This document shows, one piece after another, positions 27,268 through 36,298 of a stretch of DNA of 64,000 bases; the stretch's first letter is position 1, and every line of letters begins with the position of its first letter. The stretch comes from Nitrosopumilus sp. (GTDB taxonomy: Archaea > Thermoproteota > Nitrososphaeria > Nitrososphaerales > Nitrosopumilaceae). The position numbers were made by a program, and so were the translations under genes. Location: contig OZ250186.1 in the NCBI GenBank assembly GCA_965238275.1, positions 421,982 through 485,981 on the forward strand, read 5' to 3'. The notes below the pieces were generated by a model. The model ran no database searches. It was not told the origin of the DNA and saw nothing but the letters and a program-made list of their open reading frames with translations.

Positions 27268-27802
27268 ATGACCCGGAAACTGCTTGTGCCGATCGTTTTT
27301 GGCCTGCTGCTTGTGCTGGCTTTGGTTCCAAGCGATGCATACTCGCATTCCATGTTCAACTCGGCTGAAAAGTTCAGTGATGATGCCAAAATCAGGCCAC
27401 AGGGTGCAGGTGGCCACGGCGCCTGAGTTCCCGCAGATAGGCGAGCCGTCCCAGTTCAGGGTAAGGGTCACTGATGCAGACTTTGAGGAGGTCGACAGTT
27501 TTGTCATGGGGATCCGCGTATTCTTCCATGACAAGCAGATCGATGCAATCCCCCCCACTGCCATTGAGGCGGGGCACTGGGACTTTGACTACACCTGGAG
27601 AAACCCGGGGAACCACATTGTAAAAGTCGACCTCTACGGCATAAGTGAGAACACAGACGTCATAACATACACGTTCAACATGGGAACCCAGAGTCCGTTT
27701 GGCTACATCTTCATACTTGCCATAACCATCGGGGCCATGTGCTTTGCAGGGGTCATGACATACATCTATCTGCCGTGGATCATCAAGAAGATCAGGCGCT
27801 AG
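27268..27802 (+). CDS. secreted, C-terminally anchored hypothetical protein; signal peptide and body lie in different frames
   Basis: ATG at 27268 gives MTRKLLVPIVFGLLLVLALVPSDAYS-HSMFN..., stopping at 27426. The body VQVATAPEFPQIGEPSQFRVRV...TM-KKIRR is in the +1 frame (27284-27802). Confidence 0.45.
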
Positions 27803-27884
27803 GATTCTGGATACTGCCCGCTCTCTTGATATCCCGGATGCGGCCATCATCTGCCGTGGAACCCCAAGGGAATGTGGCGCCGGG

Positions 27885-28328
27885 TCAGACCTTGGAGACT
27901 ATCTGCGCCCGGGCTATCCTGAATGCAAACAGCGTAGTCAGCAGCACCATGGCAAACAGCAGTATCCCTATTCCCAGGTGAATGGCGACAAGAACCGCAT
28001 GCAGTTTCAGATCGATTACCAGCGCGCCAAGCGTGATCTGCGTGATTACAAACACCGTGGCAAGCGTGCTTGTCGCCTTGATCTTGGCGTCTGCCTGCCG
28101 GTTAAGAAAGCTTGCAACCATCGTTGCAATTACCAGCGCACCGGTGGTCGCAGCTGCCAGCCTGTGAATCCACTCAATCAGGTACTCTTCTGACGGCATG
28201 ATGCCGTTGGGGCACAGCGGCCACTCAGGACACGTAAGGCCGAGGCCGGCAGCAGATATGTACCCGCCCAGAAACATCAGCGAGTACAGTACCATCATTG
28301 TTGCAAGGGCGAGGTACTGGATTGCCAA
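27885..28328 (-). CDS. ctaA: heme A synthase, short 4-TM archaeal type
   Basis: 147 aa, CPEWPLCP motif, conserved His in TM helices (IHRLAA, HAVLVAIH). Confidence 0.75.
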   Translation of the reverse strand: MAIQYLALATMMVLYSLMFLGGYISAAGLGLTCPEWPLCPNGIMPSEEYLIEWIHRLAAATTGALVIATMVASFLNRQADAKIKATSTLATVFVITQITLGALVIDLKLHAVLVAIHLGIGILLFAMVLLTTLFAFRIARAQIVSKV

Positions 28329-28330
28329 GA

Positions 28331-28912
28331 CTACTCTTCTACGATGAATGTGCCCTGCATTCCCTGCAGGACGTGTCCTGGGACTGTACAGATATAGTCA
28401 TAGATTCCCGGCGGTCCTGCCAGGAATGTGACGCTGCCATCCTCTCCGGGCCTCAGGGGGGCTAAAGCAGAGCCGATTCCGGACTCCCATATCACGCTGT
28501 TAAAGTCGTTGGGATCGCTTGCCACCCCGAATGCATGGAACGACCTGCCCAGATTGGTAACCATGACGGTCACCTCGTCGCCGGATTTCACTATAATGTC
28601 AGGGTTGCTCCCCTCCTCGCCTGGCAGCGCGTTGAATGCCAGAACCCTAAAGTCGTCAGACTCTACAAAGTTCATGACAAACTCGTGTTTGACGCCTGTC
28701 GGTGGTGCGGCCTCGCTTACCTCGACTTCGGGCTTTAGTGCCGCCTTCTTCTCTGCCATTATTGCAACGATCGGTGCGGGCTCTGATATCCAGTAGTCCC
28801 ACATGGAAAAGAAGATCAGGCCGCCTGCCACGCATATGCCCAGCATGATTGCCATCATCTTGCCCGTCCTGGCAGGCGTTGTCCGGTAGTAGGTCTGTGA
28901 ATCGTGCTTCAT
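28331..28912 (-). CDS. plastocyanin/azurin-like type-1 blue copper protein, membrane anchored
   Basis: SFHAFGV plus CTVPGHVLQGM (His, Cys, His, Met ligand pattern). Confidence 0.85.
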   Translation of the reverse strand: MKHDSQTYYRTTPARTGKMMAIMLGICVAGGLIFFSMWDYWISEPAPIVAIMAEKKAALKPEVEVSEAAPPTGVKHEFVMNFVESDDFRVLAFNALPGEEGSNPDIIVKSGDEVTVMVTNLGRSFHAFGVASDPNDFNSVIWESGIGSALAPLRPGEDGSVTFLAGPPGIYDYICTVPGHVLQGMQGTFIVEE

Positions 28913-28924
28913 CTTACATATCTC

Positions 28925-30469
28925 CTAGTGCGATGGGGTCTTTGCCTCAAACGGATAATAGTACTTTCCGCCCACGCCAAACGGGTCCTCTACGTTTGCA
29001 ATCTCCCCCTTGGCCGAGCTGTAAATCATGTTAATCAGGAACAGTACCATGCTGGCACCTATTATCATTGCGCCCACTGATGCTATCTGGTTCATGGCAA
29101 TCCACTCGGGTATTTCCGGATAGTCAAAGACCCTCCTTGGCATGCCGTACAGTCCCAGCACGTGCTGCGTAAAGAATACCATGACGGTCCCTATCATGGC
29201 CATGATAAAGTGGATCTTGCCCAGGGCCTCGTTGTAGAGCCGTCCTGTGACATAGGGGAACATGTAGTACAGGTATGCAATGGAGCCAAACGCGATGGTT
29301 CCCATCACAAACAGGTGGAAGTGTCCCACCACCCAGTACGTGTCGTGCGTGGTAAAGTCAAGCGGCATTGCGCTGTTTACGACGCCGCCTGCGCCTGCAG
29401 AGAAGAAGAGGGCAATCCCTCCGACTGACCACATCATCGGTGTCAAGAATTTGATTCGGCCGTTCCACATGGTGGCAATAAAGTTGAAGACGTGCATGGC
29501 AGATGCAGGAACCGCTGCAAGCGTTCCGACCATGAATACGGTCTTTTCCGTAAAGGACATTCCCGTGGCGTACATGTGGTGCGCCCACGAGGAGAAGCTC
29601 ACTATGGACAGCAGCACGAATGCAAAGATGCCAGAGTTGTAGCTGTAGATCGGTCTCCTTGAGAACCTGGGGATAATCTCGTACATCATGCCTATGGCAG
29701 GTATGACCAGCACGTACACCTCCGGATGGAAGGTAAACCAGAACAGGTGCGCATACGCGATCGGGTCGCCTCCCAGTGCGGGATTGAAGAATCCGCTGAC
29801 TCCCAAGCGGTCCGTGAGCAGCATGAGAAGCGCTGCTGCAAACGTGGGTATGGCCACAAGTATGATCAGTGAGGAGGTCAGAATTGACCATGCCAGGAGC
29901 GGGACCTGCCCTATGGACATGTCTGGATGCTTGCATTTGAGGATGGTCACTACAAAGTTGATGGCACCCAGCACCGAGGAGACGCCCAGAATCTTGAGCC
30001 CGAATATCCACATGTCAGCAGCCGGACCGGGCGAGCTGATGATGGAGTACGGGGGGGTTGCATACCAGGTAAAGTCTGCAAACCCGAGCCAGATGAGGGC
30101 CCCGGCGGGCGGAATCATCCAGAATGCAATTGCGTTGAGTTTTGGATATGCCATGTCCTTGTACCGGACCATTATTGGTACAAAGTAGTTGCCCACTGCA
30201 GAGGCAAAGGGGATGATGAAGAGGAATATGAGCGTCGTGCCGTGAACGGTGAATATTCGGTTGAATGTCATGGAGTCGGTGATTATCTGGGGGCCTGGAA
30301 GGAACAGTTCGACCCTGATCGCCAAGGCAAGTGCGCCTCCCAGAAACAGGAATGCCAGAGACGTTATCAGGTATAGCAGGCCGATATCTGTGTGGTGAGT
30401 CGAGAACATAACCTGCCAGATCGGCCGTGGGCGTTGCAGTTCTAGGGTCATCGGGTAATCCCTCCGCAA
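28925..30469 (-). CDS. coxA: heme-copper oxidase subunit I
   Basis: 514 aa, 12+ TM. WAHHMY, VGHFHLFV and GMPRR motifs. Confidence 0.95.
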   Translation of the reverse strand: MRRDYPMTLELQRPRPIWQVMFSTHHTDIGLLYLITSLAFLFLGGALALAIRVELFLPGPQIITDSMTFNRIFTVHGTTLIFLFIIPFASAVGNYFVPIMVRYKDMAYPKLNAIAFWMIPPAGALIWLGFADFTWYATPPYSIISSPGPAADMWIFGLKILGVSSVLGAINFVVTILKCKHPDMSIGQVPLLAWSILTSSLIILVAIPTFAAALLMLLTDRLGVSGFFNPALGGDPIAYAHLFWFTFHPEVYVLVIPAIGMMYEIIPRFSRRPIYSYNSGIFAFVLLSIVSFSSWAHHMYATGMSFTEKTVFMVGTLAAVPASAMHVFNFIATMWNGRIKFLTPMMWSVGGIALFFSAGAGGVVNSAMPLDFTTHDTYWVVGHFHLFVMGTIAFGSIAYLYYMFPYVTGRLYNEALGKIHFIMAMIGTVMVFFTQHVLGLYGMPRRVFDYPEIPEWIAMNQIASVGAMIIGASMVLFLINMIYSSAKGEIANVEDPFGVGGKYYYPFEAKTPSH

Positions 30470-30491
30470 TGAGCATCAGATAAAAGCGTTA

Positions 30492-30998
30492 TCAAGTCGA
30501 TGCCTCCTCGACGTACAGCGTTCCGCGCATGTTGTAGTGGAGCAGTCCGCAGTACTCCCTGCACTGGATGTCATGTTCTCCCACCGCGTCAGGGGCAAAC
30601 CATACCGTGTTGACCCTTCCCGGGACTGCGTCGATCAGAACCACGTAGTCGTGAATGTTAAAGGAGTGGATGACGTCAATGGCCGACACCTCGAACTTGT
30701 AGGCCTTGCCTGTCTCCACATGAAGCTCTCCCACCTCGACTGTGCCGTCCGGGTGCTCAAAGGTCCAGACCCATTGCTGTCCGGTCACCTTGATTATCTC
30801 GGCATCCTCCGGGACATGCTCGACCAGCCTCTCCACGTTCCAGGCCTCTGCCCCGACCCATGTCATAAGTGCAATTACAATGCCGATGTATATCCATTCA
30901 GGCCAGTTGGAGTGCGATCCCAATCCTACCAGTCCGTCCCTTCGTATGGAGTCGGCTTTGCCTTGGGGTGCGACTCCCTGAACCGCCAGATCTGCCAT
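30492..30998 (-). CDS. coxB: heme-copper oxidase subunit II, TM plus CuA cupredoxin part
   Basis: CuA site HDIQCREYCGLLHYNM. HSNWPEWIYIGIVIAL resembles the segment before TM2 of subunit II. Confidence 0.85.
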   Translation of the reverse strand: MADLAVQGVAPQGKADSIRRDGLVGLGSHSNWPEWIYIGIVIALMTWVGAEAWNVERLVEHVPEDAEIIKVTGQQWVWTFEHPDGTVEVGELHVETGKAYKFEVSAIDVIHSFNIHDYVVLIDAVPGRVNTVWFAPDAVGEHDIQCREYCGLLHYNMRGTLYVEEAST

Positions 30999-31186
30999 AT
31001 TATGGTGCCAGATACCACTGCACCCACAGTAAATGCCACAGTCATCATCCTAAAGAACAGGTTCCAGATAAGCACCCTGCGATCTACATATTTGCCAGGC
31101 TCATCGCCAGCGGCGAATGCAGCCTCCAGAGCTGGAACTGCCATCATAATTGCAAATACCAAGAACAGACCAATCATACCATTCAT
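30926..31186 (-). CDS. N-terminal two-helix segment matching the front of oxidase subunit II, in a different frame (overlaps 30492-30998 by 73 nt)
   Basis: MNGMIGLFLVFAIMMAVPAL...MMTVAFTVGAVVSGTIIWQIWRFRESHPKAKPTPYEGTDW stop. Confidence 0.55.
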   Translation of the reverse strand: MNGMIGLFLVFAIMMAVPALEAAFAAGDEPGKYVDRRVLIWNLFFRMMTVAFTVGAVVSGTIIWQIWRFRESHPKAKPTPYEGTDW

Positions 31187-31242
31187 TAGCGATTGACAGT
31201 CGTCTTATGTAAATTCTATTTAAGGGTTTACAAGATCCAGGC

Positions 31243-32890
31243 GTATGGACTCAGGTCCGTGCCTAGATTTTAATCGCTTGTGCATCAAATTAGACCATGC
31301 CGATTTATTGATCTCGGAATCCGCGAACCCACGTGAGCAAATCAGAGATATCGCTCCTACGCAGGGAGCTGGCAAGGGTAGTGACGGAGTTCGAGAAGTT
31401 TAAGAAAACGATGTACAAGACAAATGCCGAACTCACCAAGAAGGTGACGCTGCTCGAGATTGAAAACGACCGCCTGACCCTGGAGAATGCAGGATACCGC
31501 AGGAGGCTCCGCAAATACGAGAACCCCAACATGTCCTCGTCCACATATTCGTTGTACAACTCGGACCGCACGGCATTCAGGAAGCGGATGGACATGGAGG
31601 CCAAGATGGAGTCCGATGGCAGCGGGCCCAAGGAAGGAGAAAAGTCCGAATCGGAAGGCGGACCTGAATCAGAAGGCGAAGGCGCCGGAGACAAGACCCG
31701 CAAGGGACCGCCGGCAGGACACGCCGGCGCCTCGCACAAGAACAAGGCCGAGAGGACCGAGAGTCTGCCAGTGTGCAGGTGCGAAAAGTGCGGACGCGGA
31801 CACCTGGTCCGGATGCCGTCCATTGTCAAGATGGTGTATGATTTTCCCGACGACGGCGCCATGAGGATCGAGCGCGTCGCGTACCTGGTGGGACAGGGGT
31901 TGTGCAAGAGGTGCAATCACGTCAGCTCTGCCGTGCCTCCCACGATCCCCGGCACGTCGCTTGGCCCCAAGGCCCTGGGGTTTGTGGAGGAGTACTACGA
32001 CAAGAGGAGCACGGACTACACCGTATCATACTATTTCAAGGCGCTGTACGGGTTTGGCATATCGCCAAACGCCATATGGAACGCGCGCAAGGCCCTCAAA
32101 AAGATCCTCAAGGGCGCGTACGAGGGCATACTGGCCCACATCGCCGATGCCATATTCGTACAGTTTGACGAGTCCCACATGAAGATGAACGGGAAGAAGG
32201 GGTACGTGTGGCTGGTCACCACCGGCGACGCCACGTACCTGGTGGCCGCCCCGAGCAGGGCGGCCCTCGTGATAAACGCGCATTTTGCCCGGCTGCTTGG
32301 CAAGCCGGTGGTGGTGGATGGGTACACCGTCTACAACATGTTCCCAGTCAAGCAGAGGTGCTGGGTGCACCTGCTGCGCGCCGCAGAAGAGTACGCCATC
32401 AAGAACGGCGGCAACGATCTTGCCTGCTACCGCAGGCTGCTTGCCCTGTACCGGTCAGTCAAGGACAGGGAGTCTGCCGGATCCGGCGAGTGCCTGGACC
32501 TAGAAAGGACGGTGCTCCAAATCGCCTCGGACTACGGGGAGTCCCACGACTTCCGCACGACGCTTGAGAACGCGGCCCCGTGCATGTTCACGTTCCTCAG
32601 GCATCCGGGCATGCCGCCGCATAACAACGCAGCAGAGCTTGAGATACGCGACACTGCGGTGCTGCACAGGAACGTGCGGCACCAGCTGTCCGAACCCGAG
32701 GGGCGGGAGGTCTTCTCGGTGCTGATATCAGTGGCGCGCACCTGCCACAAGCAGGGCATCTTCCCGCGCCAAGCAGTCGAGAACATCATCATGGATCCTG
32801 GCTGGAGCATATTCAAGCCACCCGAACAATATCAGAAGGTTTCTGTACCCGCAGTGGCAGCGTAGCGCAGTTTGGCGACCTGAGTCCATA
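31243..32890 (+). mobile_element. IS66-family-like single-ORF IS, 1648 bp, 15-bp TIR, 8-bp TSD
   Basis: TIR GTATGGACTCAGGTC at 31243-31257, complement at 32876-32890. TSD ATCCAGGC at 31235-31242 and 32891-32898. Confidence 0.9.
31333..32865 (+). CDS. IS66-like DDE transposase with coiled coil and zinc ribbon
   Basis: CRCEKCGRGH...CKRCNH. VQFDESHMKMNGKKGYVWLVT, VVVDGYTVYN, QRCWVHLLR. Confidence 0.8.
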   Translation: MSKSEISLLRRELARVVTEFEKFKKTMYKTNAELTKKVTLLEIENDRLTLENAGYRRRLRKYENPNMSSSTYSLYNSDRTAFRKRMDMEAKMESDGSGPKEGEKSESEGGPESEGEGAGDKTRKGPPAGHAGASHKNKAERTESLPVCRCEKCGRGHLVRMPSIVKMVYDFPDDGAMRIERVAYLVGQGLCKRCNHVSSAVPPTIPGTSLGPKALGFVEEYYDKRSTDYTVSYYFKALYGFGISPNAIWNARKALKKILKGAYEGILAHIADAIFVQFDESHMKMNGKKGYVWLVTTGDATYLVAAPSRAALVINAHFARLLGKPVVVDGYTVYNMFPVKQRCWVHLLRAAEEYAIKNGGNDLACYRRLLALYRSVKDRESAGSGECLDLERTVLQIASDYGESHDFRTTLENAAPCMFTFLRHPGMPPHNNAAELEIRDTAVLHRNVRHQLSEPEGREVFSVLISVARTCHKQGIFPRQAVENIIMDPGWSIFKPPEQYQKVSVPAVAA

Positions 32891-33017
32891 CATCCAGGCG
32901 ACCCAGGATAATCTGGAATATGCAGGTGCAGTACGCAATTTCATGCACGGATCTAAAAGTTACCAGCGGGTCCCTCCCCCCTAGCAGAAGAGGCGATCCC
33001 GCGGAGTTTCAGGGTAT

Positions 33018-34487
33018 TCATTGGAGACCGGCACCCCTCCGACTGCCCGTATCCTGCTGCTGCTGCTGCTCCTCTGCTGCATCCGGTACATCCGTCTCCT
33101 GCGTGTCCGGGTCTGGCCGAACCACGAATATCTTCACGTTCCTCTTCAGTTCCTCGTCCAGTGCATCATGCCCCCTTCTGATGTCCTCTGAAAACGACCA
33201 GACATGGCACTTTTTGAACCCGAGTCTTGGCCACTTTGTCATGTTGTACCTGACATGCTCCAGATGCGATACGCACTCCGATCCAGACTCCAGTTCTATG
33301 CTTATCGGGGTGTCGGTGGAATAGTCGTATGCCACAAGATCCGTCTTGTCAACTGCCTCGTGTATCCTCTGTGACGCAACGGCAACAAAGTACCCCCTGT
33401 CCAGATAGTGGGCGACGGCCTTTCCGAACAGCTCCGGGATGTCTTGTGCCGTGCCTACTGCCCCGCAATCAAAACCAAAGTATTCCTTCTGTTTCTCTTC
33501 GGCAATGGCATAAGGGTCCAGCCGGCCGGTGCGGGGGGCCAGCAACCCGTCATGGATCATCTCGCGGAGCAGGCAAGAGACCGTGTCGCGGGGCGTCGTG
33601 CCTGCCACGCTGGCCCCGGTCGGGTTGTACCGACTAGTCACCTCCTTGAGGTTGAGCGGGCCTTTACGCAGCAGCAGCAACAACAGATGCCACTTTTCAC
33701 GCGAAAGAAACTCCGCATCCATGTTCTCCATCCACCTGTCCCTCTCCTCGAGGCGCACATCAAAGAGCGGATGCGTGTCCCCGTCCCGAGTCCTGTACCT
33801 TTCACGCTCGGATGCGACAAAACCGTTCCATTCCTCCCGGGTCATGTTGGGCCTGCATACCTGGCCCGACTCGGGATCAAAATGTGTCCAGAACTGAACA
33901 GGCAGCGGCTGCTCTCCCCCGGGCTTTGGCGCAATGCGCGCAGTCCAGCGGTATACTGGCTGTGTCGCTATCATGTTTTTGATGTCGTTGACATATTTTG
34001 GATCCCAGGCGCTTGCCAGCCGCTGCACATCATTCCCCTCAAGGTGCTCGGCCATCTGGATGCCAAAGTTTGTCGTAATGTTGCTCAGTTCATTCTCGTC
34101 AAGCTGCTTGAGGCTCTGGTGTGCAAGTATCAGTCCCAGTCCCTTGGACCTTGCCTGCGATATCATCGTCTCAAGCACGGATATGCCCTTCATCTTTTGG
34201 AACTCGTCGAGTGCCAGAACCACCTGTGTCCGTTCCCCGAGCGGCGTGGTGCCGGAGCGGTGCAGTATCTCAAACCACAGTTTCAGCACAAACGTCTGCA
34301 TCACCAGATTGATCACATTCATCGGGATGTCTGATTCGGAGAACCTCACCACGGTATAGTGCCCGGGCTTGATTATCTCGCTGAACAGTGCAGTGGATCT
34401 TCTCTGGCAGAACATGTGCTTCATCTTGGCGCTTGCGGCAAAGATGTCCAGCCTGTTCAATACTGGTTCAAACGACCTGGCATCCAT
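33018..34487 (-). CDS. chimeric protein: P-loop NTPase remnant (Walker B/TraG-VirD4-HerA-like, no Walker A) plus winged-helix plus Hjc-like PD-(D/E)XK-fold domain; possibly 5'-truncated
   Basis: VVLALDEFQKM...GLGLILAHQSLKQL. LLLLLRKGPLNLKEVT (wHTH-like). DLVAYD-x8-ISIELES. No GxxxxGK(S/T) anywhere in the ORF. Confidence 0.5.
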   Translation of the reverse strand: MDARSFEPVLNRLDIFAASAKMKHMFCQRRSTALFSEIIKPGHYTVVRFSESDIPMNVINLVMQTFVLKLWFEILHRSGTTPLGERTQVVLALDEFQKMKGISVLETMISQARSKGLGLILAHQSLKQLDENELSNITTNFGIQMAEHLEGNDVQRLASAWDPKYVNDIKNMIATQPVYRWTARIAPKPGGEQPLPVQFWTHFDPESGQVCRPNMTREEWNGFVASERERYRTRDGDTHPLFDVRLEERDRWMENMDAEFLSREKWHLLLLLLRKGPLNLKEVTSRYNPTGASVAGTTPRDTVSCLLREMIHDGLLAPRTGRLDPYAIAEEKQKEYFGFDCGAVGTAQDIPELFGKAVAHYLDRGYFVAVASQRIHEAVDKTDLVAYDYSTDTPISIELESGSECVSHLEHVRYNMTKWPRLGFKKCHVWSFSEDIRRGHDALDEELKRNVKIFVVRPDPDTQETDVPDAAEEQQQQQDTGSRRGAGLQ

Positions 34488-34545
34488 CCTTGGGGAAATA
34501 CTTTCGGATTACAACCACGAAAAAAGCTGCAACCCCGCAAAACCC

Positions 34546-35898
34546 TCATGCCCCCAGGTTGGCGTTTATCCTGTCGAGCTTTTGCAGGTTCCTCTCAGAA
34601 CCGATATCGCGCCTGTACTCCAGCTTGCCCTGAAGACACGTGTCTATGGCCCTGTCCACCAGGGATGATGCTGCGGGAATCATCTCGGATACTGCGCAGA
34701 ACGCGACCGCGCGTGATTTTTTGAGCGTCTTGTATCTGTGATCGCCTGTCCTCACGCACGAGGCAAAGAACGTCTTGACGCCCAAGCCGGCTATGGCCTT
34801 CTCGTCAAGGGTGAAATGGATCTCGTTGCTGCTTGCATCCGGATACTCCTTGGCCACCATATACTTGACGACGCTTGCCATTCCGTCAAAGGACACCGCA
34901 TCCTCTGACAGTGTCTTGTTCCACACGTGCACCAGCAGTTCGGAGAAGGATCCCTTGAGGACGCTGAGTATGTTGAGTACCTCGGGATCACCAAAGCGCC
35001 CGTTGAACTCCATGAATCTGATGCCGTTTTTCGTCTTGAAGAAGCCGCCGTTGAGGACACCAATAAACGGGTGGTCCTGCGATTCCATCTCGTCGATAAC
35101 GGTCTGCATGATGTAACGGCAGTCATCCAGATCCTTCCCGCTCATGAATGGCAGCCTTTTTTCCGAATTGGTAAAGCAGCCCATGCCGCCTGTTCCCGCG
35201 CCCCGGTCATCGTCATACCGGAACGGGTAGTCATAACTGGCAGGGCAGGCCACTAGGGTTCTGCCGTCGGTAATCCCCATAATGGTGAACTCTATTCCCT
35301 CCAGCCTCTCCACCAGCAACACCTTTTCGCTGCCGTTCCTCTCAAGGAGAAGGCAGGCGTAACCTGCGCAGTCCTGGTAGGTCGGCAGGTGCTCCGGCAT
35401 CACCTTGACGCCCTTGCCGCCTGTAAGGCCCTGTGGCTTTACCACCACGTCAATCCCTTTGGACTTGAATTCAGAAAGGGCCGCCTCAACCTCTTCTGCA
35501 CTTGAGACGATCCTGTGGAACGGCGTAAACTCCGGGCATACCTTCTGCATCACCCCAATGGAGTAGACCTTGTCCCATTCGATGCGTGTTGCAGCCTTTG
35601 TCCCGCCTATCGCCTTAAAGCCGTTCTCCAACAGCACGTCGACGACGCCGTTGGCCAGAGGCTGGTCGGCATTGACAAAGGTGTAGTCAATCCCATGCTC
35701 CCTTGCAAATCCCAGAACAGCCTGCGGGTCGTTGGCATCGCCGATCGCATATTCCCCGCCGGACCGCTCCACGCAGTGAATAATTGACGGGTTCTTATGA
35801 GACATTATGGCATAAAGCTGCGCATCTTCCATGAGACGCGTGGCAAAGATGCCCTCGCGCCCGCCGCTCCCAACAATGAGGAATTTTTTCCTGTCCAC
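34546..35898 (-). CDS. purD: phosphoribosylamine-glycine ligase
   Basis: FLIVGSGGREGIF N-terminus, ATP-grasp core, 450 aa. Confidence 0.9.
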   Translation of the reverse strand: MDRKKFLIVGSGGREGIFATRLMEDAQLYAIMSHKNPSIIHCVERSGGEYAIGDANDPQAVLGFAREHGIDYTFVNADQPLANGVVDVLLENGFKAIGGTKAATRIEWDKVYSIGVMQKVCPEFTPFHRIVSSAEEVEAALSEFKSKGIDVVVKPQGLTGGKGVKVMPEHLPTYQDCAGYACLLLERNGSEKVLLVERLEGIEFTIMGITDGRTLVACPASYDYPFRYDDDRGAGTGGMGCFTNSEKRLPFMSGKDLDDCRYIMQTVIDEMESQDHPFIGVLNGGFFKTKNGIRFMEFNGRFGDPEVLNILSVLKGSFSELLVHVWNKTLSEDAVSFDGMASVVKYMVAKEYPDASSNEIHFTLDEKAIAGLGVKTFFASCVRTGDHRYKTLKKSRAVAFCAVSEMIPAASSLVDRAIDTCLQGKLEYRRDIGSERNLQKLDRINANLGA

Positions 35899-35914
35899 AA
35901 TGCGGGGTTGAGTG

Positions 35915-36163
35915 TCAGATTAAAAAAAGATTCGGACTTGCGCCTGCCTGTACGTCGAGACCCGTATGGAACAGGCTCATCAAACCTGCCTGCATTGATA
36001 CCATCTCTGGCAGCGACGCAATAAAGTCGATTGAACCGCCCGTGATATCAATCCCGAGCATGAAGCGCAACATGCCGTCGACCAGAATTGTCCCGATTAC
36101 AGCCCCGCCAGCATAGAACAACAACGAGTGTCTTCTTTTAGCTTCCCCGTATTCCTCGGACAT
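35915..36163 (-). CDS. hypothetical small membrane protein
   Basis: 82-aa ORF with hydrophobic segments directly upstream of purD. Confidence 0.3.
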   Translation of the reverse strand: MSEEYGEAKRRHSLLFYAGGAVIGTILVDGMLRFMLGIDITGGSIDFIASLPEMVSMQAGLMSLFHTGLDVQAGASPNLFLI

Positions 36164-36298
36164 GGTACCATGTGACTCAAAACAATAAAAGGGCAGATTC
36201 GGGCAGAATGACTCCCCTGTGAGATGATTCGGTTATGGGGGTGACTTCCATGAGACTATTCTGGCAGCAGTATGCAGGCCGGGTTTTGCGATACCGGA

